Of a stretch of 64,000 nt of DNA, positions 38,636 to 47,256 are shown in pieces. Position 1 is the stretch's first letter, and each line of letters opens with the position of its first letter. Both the position numbers and the translations under genes were made by a program. Source of the stretch: an uncultured Acidobacteriota bacterium (GTDB lineage: Bacteria > Acidobacteriota > Terriglobia > Acidiferrales > UBA7541); contig OY970264.1 of NCBI GenBank assembly GCA_963715685.1, positions 2,516,071-2,580,070 of the forward strand, in the 5' to 3' direction. The notes beneath the pieces were generated by a model. The model saw only the letters and a program-made list of their open reading frames with translations. It searched no databases and was not told where the DNA came from.

Positions 38636-40050
38636 TTTCTGTGGAGCTCCCGCGCATCGGCAGCCGGCGCCGAAGTCTCTGCAGCATGCACATCGGCGCC
38701 GACCGCAGACACAGCTTTCCCGGATGGAGGCGTGAGCGGCTTGATTTTCACGCGCGACACCCTGCGGCGGTCCATTTCCATCACCGTGAAGCGATAGCCA
38801 TCGGCTTCGAAACTCTCGCCGCCGCGCGGAATGAATCCGAGGCGGCTGAGTACGAATCCGCCGACGGTTTCGAACGATGAATCGTCCGGCAGCGCGATGT
38901 TGTACTGCGCCTCGAGATCGCGAACTTTGATGGCGGCGTCAAAAACCATACCACCGTCCGGAAGGAGCGTGGGCCGTTCGACGACGTCGAACTCATCGTG
39001 AATCTCGCCGACCAGTTGTTCGAGAATGTCCTCGAGCGTCACCAGGCCGAGAATGCTGCCGAATTCATCCACGATCATCGCGAGACCGATACGGCGCGAG
39101 CGGAATTCGAGGAGCAGCTCGCTGGCCGGCTTCGTTTCCGGCACGATCAAGACCTCGCGAACGAGATCTCTCAGACGAAACGACGAGGCGGGCGATCGCT
39201 CTTCGGCAGGACGCGCACGATCGAGAAGCGTCCAGATCACGTCCTTGATGTGAACGAAGCCGAGAATGTGGTCAATCGAGCCTTCGTACACGGGGAGGCG
39301 CGAGCGCTGTGTGGTGGCGAACATGCTCATCGCGTCTTCGAGGCTCGCATCAGCGGGCAGAACGTGCATGTCCGGGCGCGGAACCATCACTTCGCGAACC
39401 TGCACCTGGCGCAAATCCATCGCGTTTTGAATGAATCGCACCTCGGGCGGAGGGAGGAGGCCGCGGTCTCCAGCCTGCTGGATCATCACATGGAGCTCCT
39501 CGACCGAGCGGACCAGCGTGTGGCTGTGGGGAGCGACAACCCCGAGCGCGCGAACGATTCTTTCGGCGGTGCCATCGAGCAGATCGATCGCCCAACTGAA
39601 CGTGTTGAGGAACCAGTGGAATGGACGCGCGACAAGCAACGCGACGCGCTCGGCACGCGCGAGGCTTAGACTTTTGGGCACCAACTCGCCGAATACGACC
39701 TGCAGAAACGTCAGCAGGCCGAAAACCAGAACGATCGCCACGGCGTGCGTGACGATCGGCGCCCACGGACGAGTCATTTGTTCGACGAGCGGCCGCAAAA
39801 TGGTCGCGAGCGTAATCTCGCCGAGGTAGCCGAGCGAGAGGCTTGCAACCGAGAGTCCGACCTGCACGCCCGAAACGACGCGGCCGAGGTCTCCAATGAG
39901 CTGTTCGACGATTTTGGCGCGCGGGTCGCCCTTTTCGACGAGCTGCCGCACGCGCGAGAGACGAACCGCCACGAGCGAGAATTCGGTCGCAGCGAAAAAG
40001 CCGTTCACGCCGATCAGGAAGAATACGCCGATTACGTGGATCGCTGTCAT
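38632..40050 (-). CDS. HlyC/CorC (CNNM) family transporter: DUF21 membrane domain, CBS pair, CorC_HlyC domain
   Basis: Carries FFLIGVNGFFAATEFSLVAVR, a CBS pair, and the C-terminal FETVGGFVLSRLGFIPRGGESFEADGYRFTVMEMDRRRVSRVKI. Its stop overlaps the dppB-like ATG (ATGA). Confidence 0.85.
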   Translation of the reverse strand: MTAIHVIGVFFLIGVNGFFAATEFSLVAVRLSRVRQLVEKGDPRAKIVEQLIGDLGRVVSGVQVGLSVASLSLGYLGEITLATILRPLVEQMTRPWAPIVTHAVAIVLVFGLLTFLQVVFGELVPKSLSLARAERVALLVARPFHWFLNTFSWAIDLLDGTAERIVRALGVVAPHSHTLVRSVEELHVMIQQAGDRGLLPPPEVRFIQNAMDLRQVQVREVMVPRPDMHVLPADASLEDAMSMFATTQRSRLPVYEGSIDHILGFVHIKDVIWTLLDRARPAEERSPASSFRLRDLVREVLIVPETKPASELLLEFRSRRIGLAMIVDEFGSILGLVTLEDILEQLVGEIHDEFDVVERPTLLPDGGMVFDAAIKVRDLEAQYNIALPDDSSFETVGGFVLSRLGFIPRGGESFEADGYRFTVMEMDRRRVSRVKIKPLTPPSGKAVSAVGADVHAAETSAPAADARELHRK

Positions 40051-40240
40051 CGAACGGCGGTCCTCACACGGCAAGGAATCGCGCCGGCGGCCTGGCGCGC
40101 CACGGACGGAATCGTCCGCCGGTATCCTGACGCAGACAAAGCAGTCGCAAGAGCCGCCATTTGTGGCGATTCTATCAGGGCGGACAGCGCAAGGGGAAAA
40201 TCGCGTTGCCGGATGTTCGATCGGGCGAAGATTTGCAACT

Positions 40241-40789
40241 CTAACGCTGGGAAGCCAAGCCCGCCTTTACGCGAGCGTTGAAGTCCGCGGACTGCCGGCG
40301 AGGAATGCTGAGCGAGGTCCAGCGGCTGCCTGAATAATGCTTTGCGATATAGACGATCTGGCCGATGTGATAGGCGTAGTGAGCGATCTGGCGGTTAATC
40401 GCCTGCATCACGGAATGGCGTTCACCGCGAATGCGAATGGTGCGGCCGAGGTCTTCGTCGGTGAGAGGGGCCAGGGAGTCGAACACGATTTTCCATGCCG
40501 CTTCCCACAGCTCCAAAATTTCGGCGCGGCTCTGCGGCGGCTCTTCAAACTCGGCATCGCGATTGCGGGTGGGTTTCTCACCATCGGAGGTGAGAAAGTC
40601 CGTCCAGCGCGAGGCCATGTTGCCAGTCAGATGTTTCACGATGATTGCAATCGAGTTCGATTCTGGGTCGAGGGTGGCCGTGAGCGCCTCATCGGAGGAC
40701 TGCGCGATGGCCCGCTCGCCGAGTTTCTTGTAGTAACGCAGAATATCGGTCGAATCTTTTATGTACGAGGTCGTGAATTCGAGCGCCAT
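40241..40789 (-). CDS. DinB-superfamily protein (DUF1572-like)
   Basis: Carries NSIAIIVKHLTGNMASRWTDFLTSDGEKPTRNRDAEFE and ...HYAYHIGQIVYIAK. The start was chosen at MALEFTT. Confidence 0.7.
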   Translation of the reverse strand: MALEFTTSYIKDSTDILRYYKKLGERAIAQSSDEALTATLDPESNSIAIIVKHLTGNMASRWTDFLTSDGEKPTRNRDAEFEEPPQSRAEILELWEAAWKIVFDSLAPLTDEDLGRTIRIRGERHSVMQAINRQIAHYAYHIGQIVYIAKHYSGSRWTSLSIPRRQSADFNARVKAGLASQR

Positions 40790-40950
40790 ACGTCGATTTT
40801 GCACCCGCGCCGATTGTTGCGCAAGAGTATGCCGAACGCGCCCTGCCATCGGCGGAGGGCAGCGGCCGGGCAAGTCCACGCGCAGAAGGCCATTGTTGAG
40901 CTTCCGCGGCCTGCGCTAGAATGCAGACACCGCCCTGCGGACAACATCGA

Positions 40951-41220
40951 ATGAGCTCAGCAACGAACAAAGCATCCGAAACCCAGCGCAAGGGCGATTT
41001 CGAAAAATCGCTCGCGCGACTGGAAGAAGTGGTCAAGCGCCTCGAAAGCACGGACCTCTCTCTCGATGAGGCCATGAAGCTGTTCGAGGAAGGCGTCAAG
41101 CTCTCCCGCGAATGCCAGAAGCAGCTCGAAGAAGCGGAAGGCCGCGTCGAAATTCTCCTGAAGAAGGCGGACGGCAAGGTTGCCGCGGAGCCGTTCGAAC
41201 CCGAAGATGAATCGTCCTAG
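40951..41220 (+). CDS. xseB: exodeoxyribonuclease VII small subunit
   Basis: FEKSLARLEEVVKRLESTDLSLDEAMKLFEEGVKLSRECQKQLEEAE is the canonical XseB core. Confidence 0.85.
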   Translation: MSSATNKASETQRKGDFEKSLARLEEVVKRLESTDLSLDEAMKLFEEGVKLSRECQKQLEEAEGRVEILLKKADGKVAAEPFEPEDESS

Positions 41221-41277
41221 TTTGTCTCGTTGGTTTTGCAACGTGAGTAATCGCGCGTACTTGGTCCAGCCTGCCGC

Positions 41278-42159
41278 ATGAAGCTTCCCGGTTTTTACGA
41301 GGAGGACCGCGCCGCCATTGAAGCGGCGATCGAGAAGCTCCTTCCGCCAGACAACACTCCCCCGCCGTCGATCCATCGCGCGATGCGCTACAGCGTGTCC
41401 GCGGGCGGCAAGCGGATTCGCCCGGTGCTGTGCCTCGAAGCGGCACGAATGTTCACGGACAACCTCGAAGGCGCGATCCACGCCGGATGCGCGCTTGAAT
41501 TCATCCACACCTATTCGCTGATCCACGACGATCTGCCCGCGCTCGACAACGACGATTTGCGGCGCGGCAAACCGACGAACCACAAGGTCTTCGGCGAGGC
41601 GATCGCCATCCTCGCGGGCGACGCCCTGCTCACGCTCGCGTTTCAGACGCTGGCTGGCGCGCCGATCGAGTCCGCACGCCGCGTACGCGTGATCGCCGAG
41701 ATTGCCGCCGCCGCGGGGACCGTCAATGGAATGGTAGGCGGCCAAGTGGCGGACGTCGAGGCCGAGGGAAAGCCCGTCAGTGCAGCCACGCTCGAATATA
41801 TACATCGGTCAAAAACGGCCGCGTTGATTCGCGGGTCGATAGTAGCGGGCGCGATCGCAGGCGGTGCTGCGGACGCCGACGTGGAACGGCTGCGCCGGTT
41901 CGGCGACAGCATCGGGTGGGCTTTCCAGGTGGTGGACGATCTCCTCGACGTGGAGGAATCATCCGCCGCGCTTGGCAAGACGGCAGGCAAGGATCAGGCG
42001 CAGAAGAAGGCGACGTATCCGGCATTGTACGGGCTCGACAAATCGCGCACGATCGCGGCCGATCTCGAATCAAAGGCGCTCGCCGAACTCGATTCTTTCG
42101 GCGAAAGGGCGGCACGGCTGCGGCAGGTAGCGGACTTTCTGGTCGCGCGCCGCTCGTGA
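41278..42159 (+). CDS. ispA: polyprenyl (farnesyl/geranylgeranyl) diphosphate synthase
   Basis: First DDxxD in HTYSLIHDDLPALDNDDLRRGKPT and second in FQVVDDLLD. Follows xseB, as in many bacteria. Confidence 0.9.
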   Translation: MKLPGFYEEDRAAIEAAIEKLLPPDNTPPPSIHRAMRYSVSAGGKRIRPVLCLEAARMFTDNLEGAIHAGCALEFIHTYSLIHDDLPALDNDDLRRGKPTNHKVFGEAIAILAGDALLTLAFQTLAGAPIESARRVRVIAEIAAAAGTVNGMVGGQVADVEAEGKPVSAATLEYIHRSKTAALIRGSIVAGAIAGGAADADVERLRRFGDSIGWAFQVVDDLLDVEESSAALGKTAGKDQAQKKATYPALYGLDKSRTIAADLESKALAELDSFGERAARLRQVADFLVARRS

Positions 42160-43004
42160 GCGCGAATCAGGGCGCAGTGAGCAGCGCTTCTGCATCTGCA
42201 CGAAGACTTCCCTTGAAACATGGCGGCAACAATTCCGGCGCAGCCTCGGCACTGCACAAGAAAGCCAAGATTGGCAAGGCGCGGCTTGACGTGCTCCTCG
42301 TCGAACGCGGTCTGGCGCCATCGCGGGAACGCGCGCAGGCTCTGCTTCTGGCCGGGCGTGTGCGCGTGAATGGCGCGAAGGTCGACAAAGCCGGGACGCG
42401 GGTAGCCACGGACGCACGGATTGACGTCGTTGGAGAAGGCCCGCGTTATGCAAGCCGCGCGGGGCTGAAGCTGGAAGGCGCGCTCATGGACTTTGGCATC
42501 AATCCAGAGGATCGCGTTTGCCTGGACATCGGCAGCTCGACCGGCGGGTTCACGGACTGCCTGTTGCAACGCGGCGCGCGCAAGGTGTATGCGGTTGACG
42601 TGACGATTGACCAGCTCGATTGGAAGCTGCGGCAGGACGAGCGGGTCGTCACGATCGAGCGCAACGCCCGTTTCTTGAAGGCGGAGGACATCGGTGAGGC
42701 GGCTGAAGTTGTCACCATGGACGTGTCGTTTATTTCCGTGAGCAAAATCCTTCCGACTGTCGTGCCGATCGCAGCGCCTGGCGCCGACTTCATCATTCTC
42801 ATCAAGCCGCAGTTCGAGCTCGAAAAGCGGGATGTGGGCAAGGGCGGGATCGTTCGCGATGCAGAGCTGCACGAAAAAGCCATCGAACGCGTGACGGCCG
42901 CAGCGGCAGCCGCGGGCCTGGAAATCAAAGGCGTGATGCCCAGCCATCTCACCGGCTCGGAAGGAAACCAGGAGTTTTTTCTCCACGCGCGGCGCCGCGA
43001 GTAG
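42156..43004 (+). CDS. tlyA: TlyA family rRNA (cytidine-2'-O)-methyltransferase
   Basis: S4 domain (RLDVLLVERGLAPSRERAQALLLAGRVRVNG), then YASRAGLKLEGAL and the SAM motif CLDIGSSTGGFTDCLLQRGA. GTG 42156 overlaps the ispA stop (GTGA); GTG 42177 is an alternative. Confidence 0.85.
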   Translation: MSANQGAVSSASASARRLPLKHGGNNSGAASALHKKAKIGKARLDVLLVERGLAPSRERAQALLLAGRVRVNGAKVDKAGTRVATDARIDVVGEGPRYASRAGLKLEGALMDFGINPEDRVCLDIGSSTGGFTDCLLQRGARKVYAVDVTIDQLDWKLRQDERVVTIERNARFLKAEDIGEAAEVVTMDVSFISVSKILPTVVPIAAPGADFIILIKPQFELEKRDVGKGGIVRDAELHEKAIERVTAAAAAAGLEIKGVMPSHLTGSEGNQEFFLHARRRE

Positions 43005-43027
43005 AATAAAATGCTGCCGCCAAACTG

Positions 43028-43888
43028 ATGATTCGCTCCGCCGGCATTATCTGCAAACCGATTCAGGATCTGGTGTCGTCCGTGGTGCCACCACTCATCG
43101 CGTGGCTTCACGGGCGAAATATCGAAGTCTTCGTCGACAAAGAGACGCAGGCCTGCATCGACCCGGCCGGACCCGCGCTCGCGCGAGAAGCGCTTGGCGA
43201 GAAGATTGACCTCCTGATCGTGCTGGGCGGCGATGGCACGCTGCTCTCCGCCGCGCGAGCCCTCGGGAGCCATAAAGTCCCGATTCTCGCGGTCAATCTG
43301 GGCGGTCTCGGATTCTTGACCAGCGTAACTCTGGAAGAGATGTATCCGCTGCTCGAGCAGGTCGTCGCAGGGAAACATCAGACGAGCGAACGCATGATGC
43401 TCGAGGCGGAAATCATTCGAGGCGGCAAGTCCTTTGAGCGGCAGAGCGCGTTGAACGATGCCGTGGCGAATAAGGCCGCGCTCGCGCGCATGCTCGATTT
43501 CGACGTTCACGTGAACGGCAATCACGTCGGGCGCTACCGCGCGGATGGATTGATCGTAGCCACGCCGACCGGTTCGACGGCATACTCACTGGCCGCGGGA
43601 GGACCGATCGTCGATCCGGAACTCGACGCATTCGTGATTACGCCGATCTGCCCGCACATGCTGACCAACCGGCCGATCGTGATTCCCGACACAGCGAAGA
43701 TCGAGGTGGATTTTGCGGCGGCGGACGAGTCCGCCTACGTCACGCTCGACGGGCAGATCGGATTTCAGCTCAAGCCGAAAGACCGGCTGTCGATCAAGAA
43801 ATCATCGAGCCGCGTGGCACTCGTGCGTCCGCCGAACAAGACATACTTCGAAATTCTGCGCAGCAAGCTCCGCTGGGGTGAACGCTGA
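43028..43888 (+). CDS. nadK: NAD kinase
   Basis: Carries DLLIVLGGDGTLLSAAR, ..NLGGLGFLT and ..ATPTGSTAYSLAAGGPIV. Confidence 0.9.
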   Translation: MIRSAGIICKPIQDLVSSVVPPLIAWLHGRNIEVFVDKETQACIDPAGPALAREALGEKIDLLIVLGGDGTLLSAARALGSHKVPILAVNLGGLGFLTSVTLEEMYPLLEQVVAGKHQTSERMMLEAEIIRGGKSFERQSALNDAVANKAALARMLDFDVHVNGNHVGRYRADGLIVATPTGSTAYSLAAGGPIVDPELDAFVITPICPHMLTNRPIVIPDTAKIEVDFAAADESAYVTLDGQIGFQLKPKDRLSIKKSSSRVALVRPPNKTYFEILRSKLRWGER

Positions 43889-43919
43889 GGCTGATTTCGA
43901 CGCGCGAGGGAATTGCGCG

Positions 43920-45671
43920 TCACTGAACCTTCACTACAATGAGCGTGCGGTCGTCCGCAGGATGCTGGCCGCCGGAGAACGCGTCGACTAGCTCGAGAAT
44001 GCGGTCCGCGATCCCATCGGCCGGCAGGTGTTGATTCTCGGCGACGATCTGCGCGACGCGCTTGTGGCCAAAAAACTCTCCTCCGATGCCCTGCGCGTCA
44101 CCGATCCCGTCGGAATGGAATACCACGACGTCGCCTGGGTCGAGAATAAACGTTCTTTCGTCGTAGGTTGCTTCCTCGAAAATTCCGAGCGGAAAACCAG
44201 CGAGCGGAATTTTTTCGCACTTGCCCCCGTGGGCCAAGAGCGGCTGCTCCTGCCCCGCGTTGGCGACGCGCAGGCGGCGGCGCCGACGATTCCACGTGGC
44301 AAAGCACAGCGTCATGAAGCGGCCTTCGATCAGGCGCTCGCCGAGGAATCCGTTGAGCGCGCGCAGCATGTTTGCAGGACGCGGCTTCTGGGAGCCCAGG
44401 CTGCGCAAGGTGCCCACGGCGACCGCTCCGTAGAGCGCCGCGGCGCTTCCCTTCCCGCTGACGTCACCGAGCGCAATTCCCAAGTCCTGAGGGCCGTAGC
44501 GCAAAAAGTCGTAGAGATCACCGCTCAGTTCGCGCGACGAGACCACGCGCGCGGCGATCTCGAGACCGAACTCAGGTCCCGGCAGACGCGGCAGCAGCGC
44601 GCCCTGAATGCGGCGCGCCGCGCTGAGATCGCGCTCCATGCGGCTCTCATCGCGCGCCACCTGCTCGTAGAGGCGCGCGTTTTCGATCGACACCCCGAGG
44701 TGCGCCGCCAATATCGAAAGCACCTGGACGTGCTGCGGCGTGAAGTAATTTAGCTGCGGGCTCTCGAGGTCCATCACGCCGACGACCCGGGCTTTGTAAA
44801 TCATCGGAACAGCCAACTCGGAGCGCGTCTCGGGATTCAACATGCGATAGCGCGGGTCGAGCGATACGTCCGGCACGACCACGGGCCGCCGCAACTTCGC
44901 GGCCGCTCCGACGATCCCTTCATGCGCGGGGACGGCGGACTTCTCCTGCACGCGCTGGCCGAACTTGACGGTCACCCTATGGCGGAAGACCGCGGCTGCG
45001 TCGTCGTAGAGCAGGATGCTGAAAATCTGGTAGTCGATCAGGCGCTTGGTGAGCTCCGCGGCGCGACGCAGCACTTCCTCGACTTGCAAAGTAGCGTTTG
45101 CCTCGCGGCCGATTTCGTTGAGCAGGAGCAGCGTCTCGGCCTGCTTTTGGGCGTTCTCGAAGAGCCGCGCGTTTTCAACCGCCGTACCAATGCGGCTGGC
45201 GACGAGCGTCAAAATGGTCTGTTGCGACGGGGTGAAATAGTCCGGCTGGCGGCTTTCGATGTCCATCACGCCGATCACACGCCCGCGCACGACCAGCGGC
45301 ACGGCCAACTCGGAGCGGACCTCGTCCACGGCCGGCAGATAGCGCGGGTCTTTCGTAACGTCGGCGACGCGAATCGCCTGGCCGGTGGTGGCCGCGGCGC
45401 CAATGATGCCGTCGCCCATCGGGATGCGCCAGTGCTCGATGACTTCGGGGCGATGACCGATCGCGAAGCGGACGTAGAGATCGTTCGTGCCCTCCTCGGG
45501 CAGGAGAACGGCGAAAATCTCGTAATCCATCAGCCGCTTGATCTGCTGGGCAGCGCTCGCGAGGACCTGGTCGAGGTTCAGCGACGCGTTGATCTCATAG
45601 CTGATCTCAGCGAGAACGGCGAGTGTCTCAGCAGGGATGTCCTGCACCGAATTGAGATTGACCGAATCCAT
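43920..45671 (-). CDS. GAF-GAF-PP2C (SpoIIE/RsbU-type) protein serine/threonine phosphatase
   Basis: Two GAF-like units (SELAVPL..RGRVIGVMDIES and SELAVPMIYKARVVGVMDLES) followed by PP2C motifs (SGDLYDF, LGDVSGKG, VVVFHSDGI, DDRTLIVVK). Confidence 0.85.
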   Translation of the reverse strand: MDSVNLNSVQDIPAETLAVLAEISYEINASLNLDQVLASAAQQIKRLMDYEIFAVLLPEEGTNDLYVRFAIGHRPEVIEHWRIPMGDGIIGAAATTGQAIRVADVTKDPRYLPAVDEVRSELAVPLVVRGRVIGVMDIESRQPDYFTPSQQTILTLVASRIGTAVENARLFENAQKQAETLLLLNEIGREANATLQVEEVLRRAAELTKRLIDYQIFSILLYDDAAAVFRHRVTVKFGQRVQEKSAVPAHEGIVGAAAKLRRPVVVPDVSLDPRYRMLNPETRSELAVPMIYKARVVGVMDLESPQLNYFTPQHVQVLSILAAHLGVSIENARLYEQVARDESRMERDLSAARRIQGALLPRLPGPEFGLEIAARVVSSRELSGDLYDFLRYGPQDLGIALGDVSGKGSAAALYGAVAVGTLRSLGSQKPRPANMLRALNGFLGERLIEGRFMTLCFATWNRRRRRLRVANAGQEQPLLAHGGKCEKIPLAGFPLGIFEEATYDERTFILDPGDVVVFHSDGIGDAQGIGGEFFGHKRVAQIVAENQHLPADGIADRILELVDAFSGGQHPADDRTLIVVKVQ

Positions 45672-45855
45672 TTGAATTTGAGTGAACGCACCCCAGATCG
45701 CAGTGCGGAAATATACCCCGGATGCGCTGTGGCGCGGGCGCGAGGCTCCGTAATTATAGCAGGCGCGGAATCATAGCTCGGACGATCGTTCGATGAATTT
45801 GAAGCTCGCCCGTGCCGCGCGGCGCGCGAATGCTACCTCGACGCGCCGAGCGCGG

Positions 45856-46398
45856 CTAGTCTACAGGAAGTGGGAGGACGCAGACGTCCTTCAGGTTGCG
45901 ATAGCGCTCAGCATAATCGAGCCCGTATCCAACGACGAATTCGTTCGGAATCGTGAAGCCAACGTAGTCGGCTTTCACCGGCTTGAGCCGACGAGAGGGC
46001 TTGTCGAGCAGCGCGGCTACACGGAGGTTTTTCGGTTTGCGCTGGCGCAAAACGCTCAAGAGATACGTGAGCGTGAGACCAGTATCAAGAATGTCCTCGA
46101 CCAGGATCACGTTCAAGTCCGCGATGCTGGTGTCGAGGTCCTTGAGCAGGCGCACCTGGCCCGAGGAATCCTTCCCCCGGCCGTAGCTCGAGACCGCAAT
46201 GAAATCGATAGAGACCTCGAGATTAATTTCGCGCACCAGATCGGAGAGAAAAATGCACGCGCCCTTGAGCACGCCGATTAGATGGACGCGCTCACCCTTG
46301 AAATCCCGCGAGATATGGCGCGCCACTTCTTTAACGCGCTTTTCAATGGCCGCGCGGCGAATCAGAACTTTCCGTTTGGGCTGCTGAGAAGCGTCCAT
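45856..46398 (-). CDS. hpt: hypoxanthine phosphoribosyltransferase
   Basis: Carries LIGVLKGACIFLSDL and the PRPP motif VILVEDILDTGLTL, plus ..VGFTIPNEFVVGYGLDY. The start was chosen at MDASQQ. Confidence 0.9.
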   Translation of the reverse strand: MDASQQPKRKVLIRRAAIEKRVKEVARHISRDFKGERVHLIGVLKGACIFLSDLVREINLEVSIDFIAVSSYGRGKDSSGQVRLLKDLDTSIADLNVILVEDILDTGLTLTYLLSVLRQRKPKNLRVAALLDKPSRRLKPVKADYVGFTIPNEFVVGYGLDYAERYRNLKDVCVLPLPVD

Positions 46399-46569
46399 TG
46401 TTCTCCTGAACTGCGCAACGAAGGCGACTACTCTATCCCAGCGAAATTGCGGTGACAAGGCAAGCCGGAAAATTCCCTTTCTCCGCGACCTCAGTAGGTT
46501 GAAGTGCTACGCTATGGGGGCTCCAGTCGAAGCTGGGCGCCTTCTCGACAGACGTAGGAGGACCAACTC

Positions 46570-47241
46570 ATGGCGACAGCACCCGTTTCGGAATTGACGC
46601 TTGAGGGTTTTAGAGGCGCGGCGGCGAGCGGCGAGTCGGTGCCTGCTGGCGTTGCCGTGTGCGCTGTCTCGGCGAGCTTCGCGCTCGGACTGCTGGCAAA
46701 AGTGGTCAAGGTGAGCGGCCGCCGGAAAGGCTTTACGGGAGATCCCTCAAAAGCCGAGAACATCGCCGACGCCGCACGGGCCGAATCGAGGCGCATGCTG
46801 CAATTCGCCGAGGATGACATGGCGGCGTTCAACGCCTACATGGCAACCTCGAGACTGCCGCAAACGACCGAACGCGAGAAAGAGGAGCGCAAGCGCGCGA
46901 TGGATGCCTCTGTGCGTAAGGCGATTGAAATGCCCGTGGCAGCAGCGCGCTCTGCTGCGACGGGCATCGGCCTTTGCGCGGACGCGACCGGACTGGTTCA
47001 TCCCGTGGTCATGGCGGACTTGGGTGCGGCAACGGCATTGCTCGCAGGCGGGCTGCGAGTCTTCTTGCTCTGCGCGGATTCGAACATCGGGCAGCTTGCA
47101 ACGGACCCGGCTATATTTCGCAGCGTGATGAGCGGACGACCGGAGTGGGAGAGCAAAGCGCTCCGCCAGGCGGAGGTCGCTCTCAAACAGGTAGCAAGTG
47201 CGATTGAGAACGCGTCCGCCCGCCAGGAACGGAAGCCGTAG
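46570..47241 (+). CDS. cyclodeaminase/cyclohydrolase family protein (FTCD C-terminal-like, methenyl-THF cyclohydrolase-like)
   Basis: Carries PAGVAVCAVSASFALGLLAKVV, ..DMAAFNAYMAT..LP and ..A..IP...A. These are typical of formiminotransferase-cyclodeaminase C-domain proteins. Confidence 0.7.
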   Translation: MATAPVSELTLEGFRGAAASGESVPAGVAVCAVSASFALGLLAKVVKVSGRRKGFTGDPSKAENIADAARAESRRMLQFAEDDMAAFNAYMATSRLPQTTEREKEERKRAMDASVRKAIEMPVAAARSAATGIGLCADATGLVHPVVMADLGAATALLAGGLRVFLLCADSNIGQLATDPAIFRSVMSGRPEWESKALRQAEVALKQVASAIENASARQERKP

Positions 47242-47256
47242 GACCCGCCCGGAGCC

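Noticed and set aside
36846-38693. 615-aa minus-strand ORF that could be read as one large protein
   Set aside because: Only the C-terminal 290 aa (from MKDQTNG, ATG 37718) look like a DppC-type permease. The N-terminal part is an out-of-frame read-through of the dppB-like gene (37715..38635).
41916-42155. 5' extension of the tlyA ORF (the 362-aa version)
   Set aside because: The extension overlaps the 3' end of ispA in another frame and is Arg/Gly-rich. TlyA homology begins near KARLDVLL. GTG 42156 gives a GTGA coupling to ispA.
43899-43921. Hairpin GACGCGC-N9-GCGCGTC between convergent nadK and the PP2C gene, considered as a bidirectional terminator
   Set aside because: Neither strand has a U tract after the stem, and the 3' arm overlaps the PP2C stop codon. 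The evidence is too weak to call.
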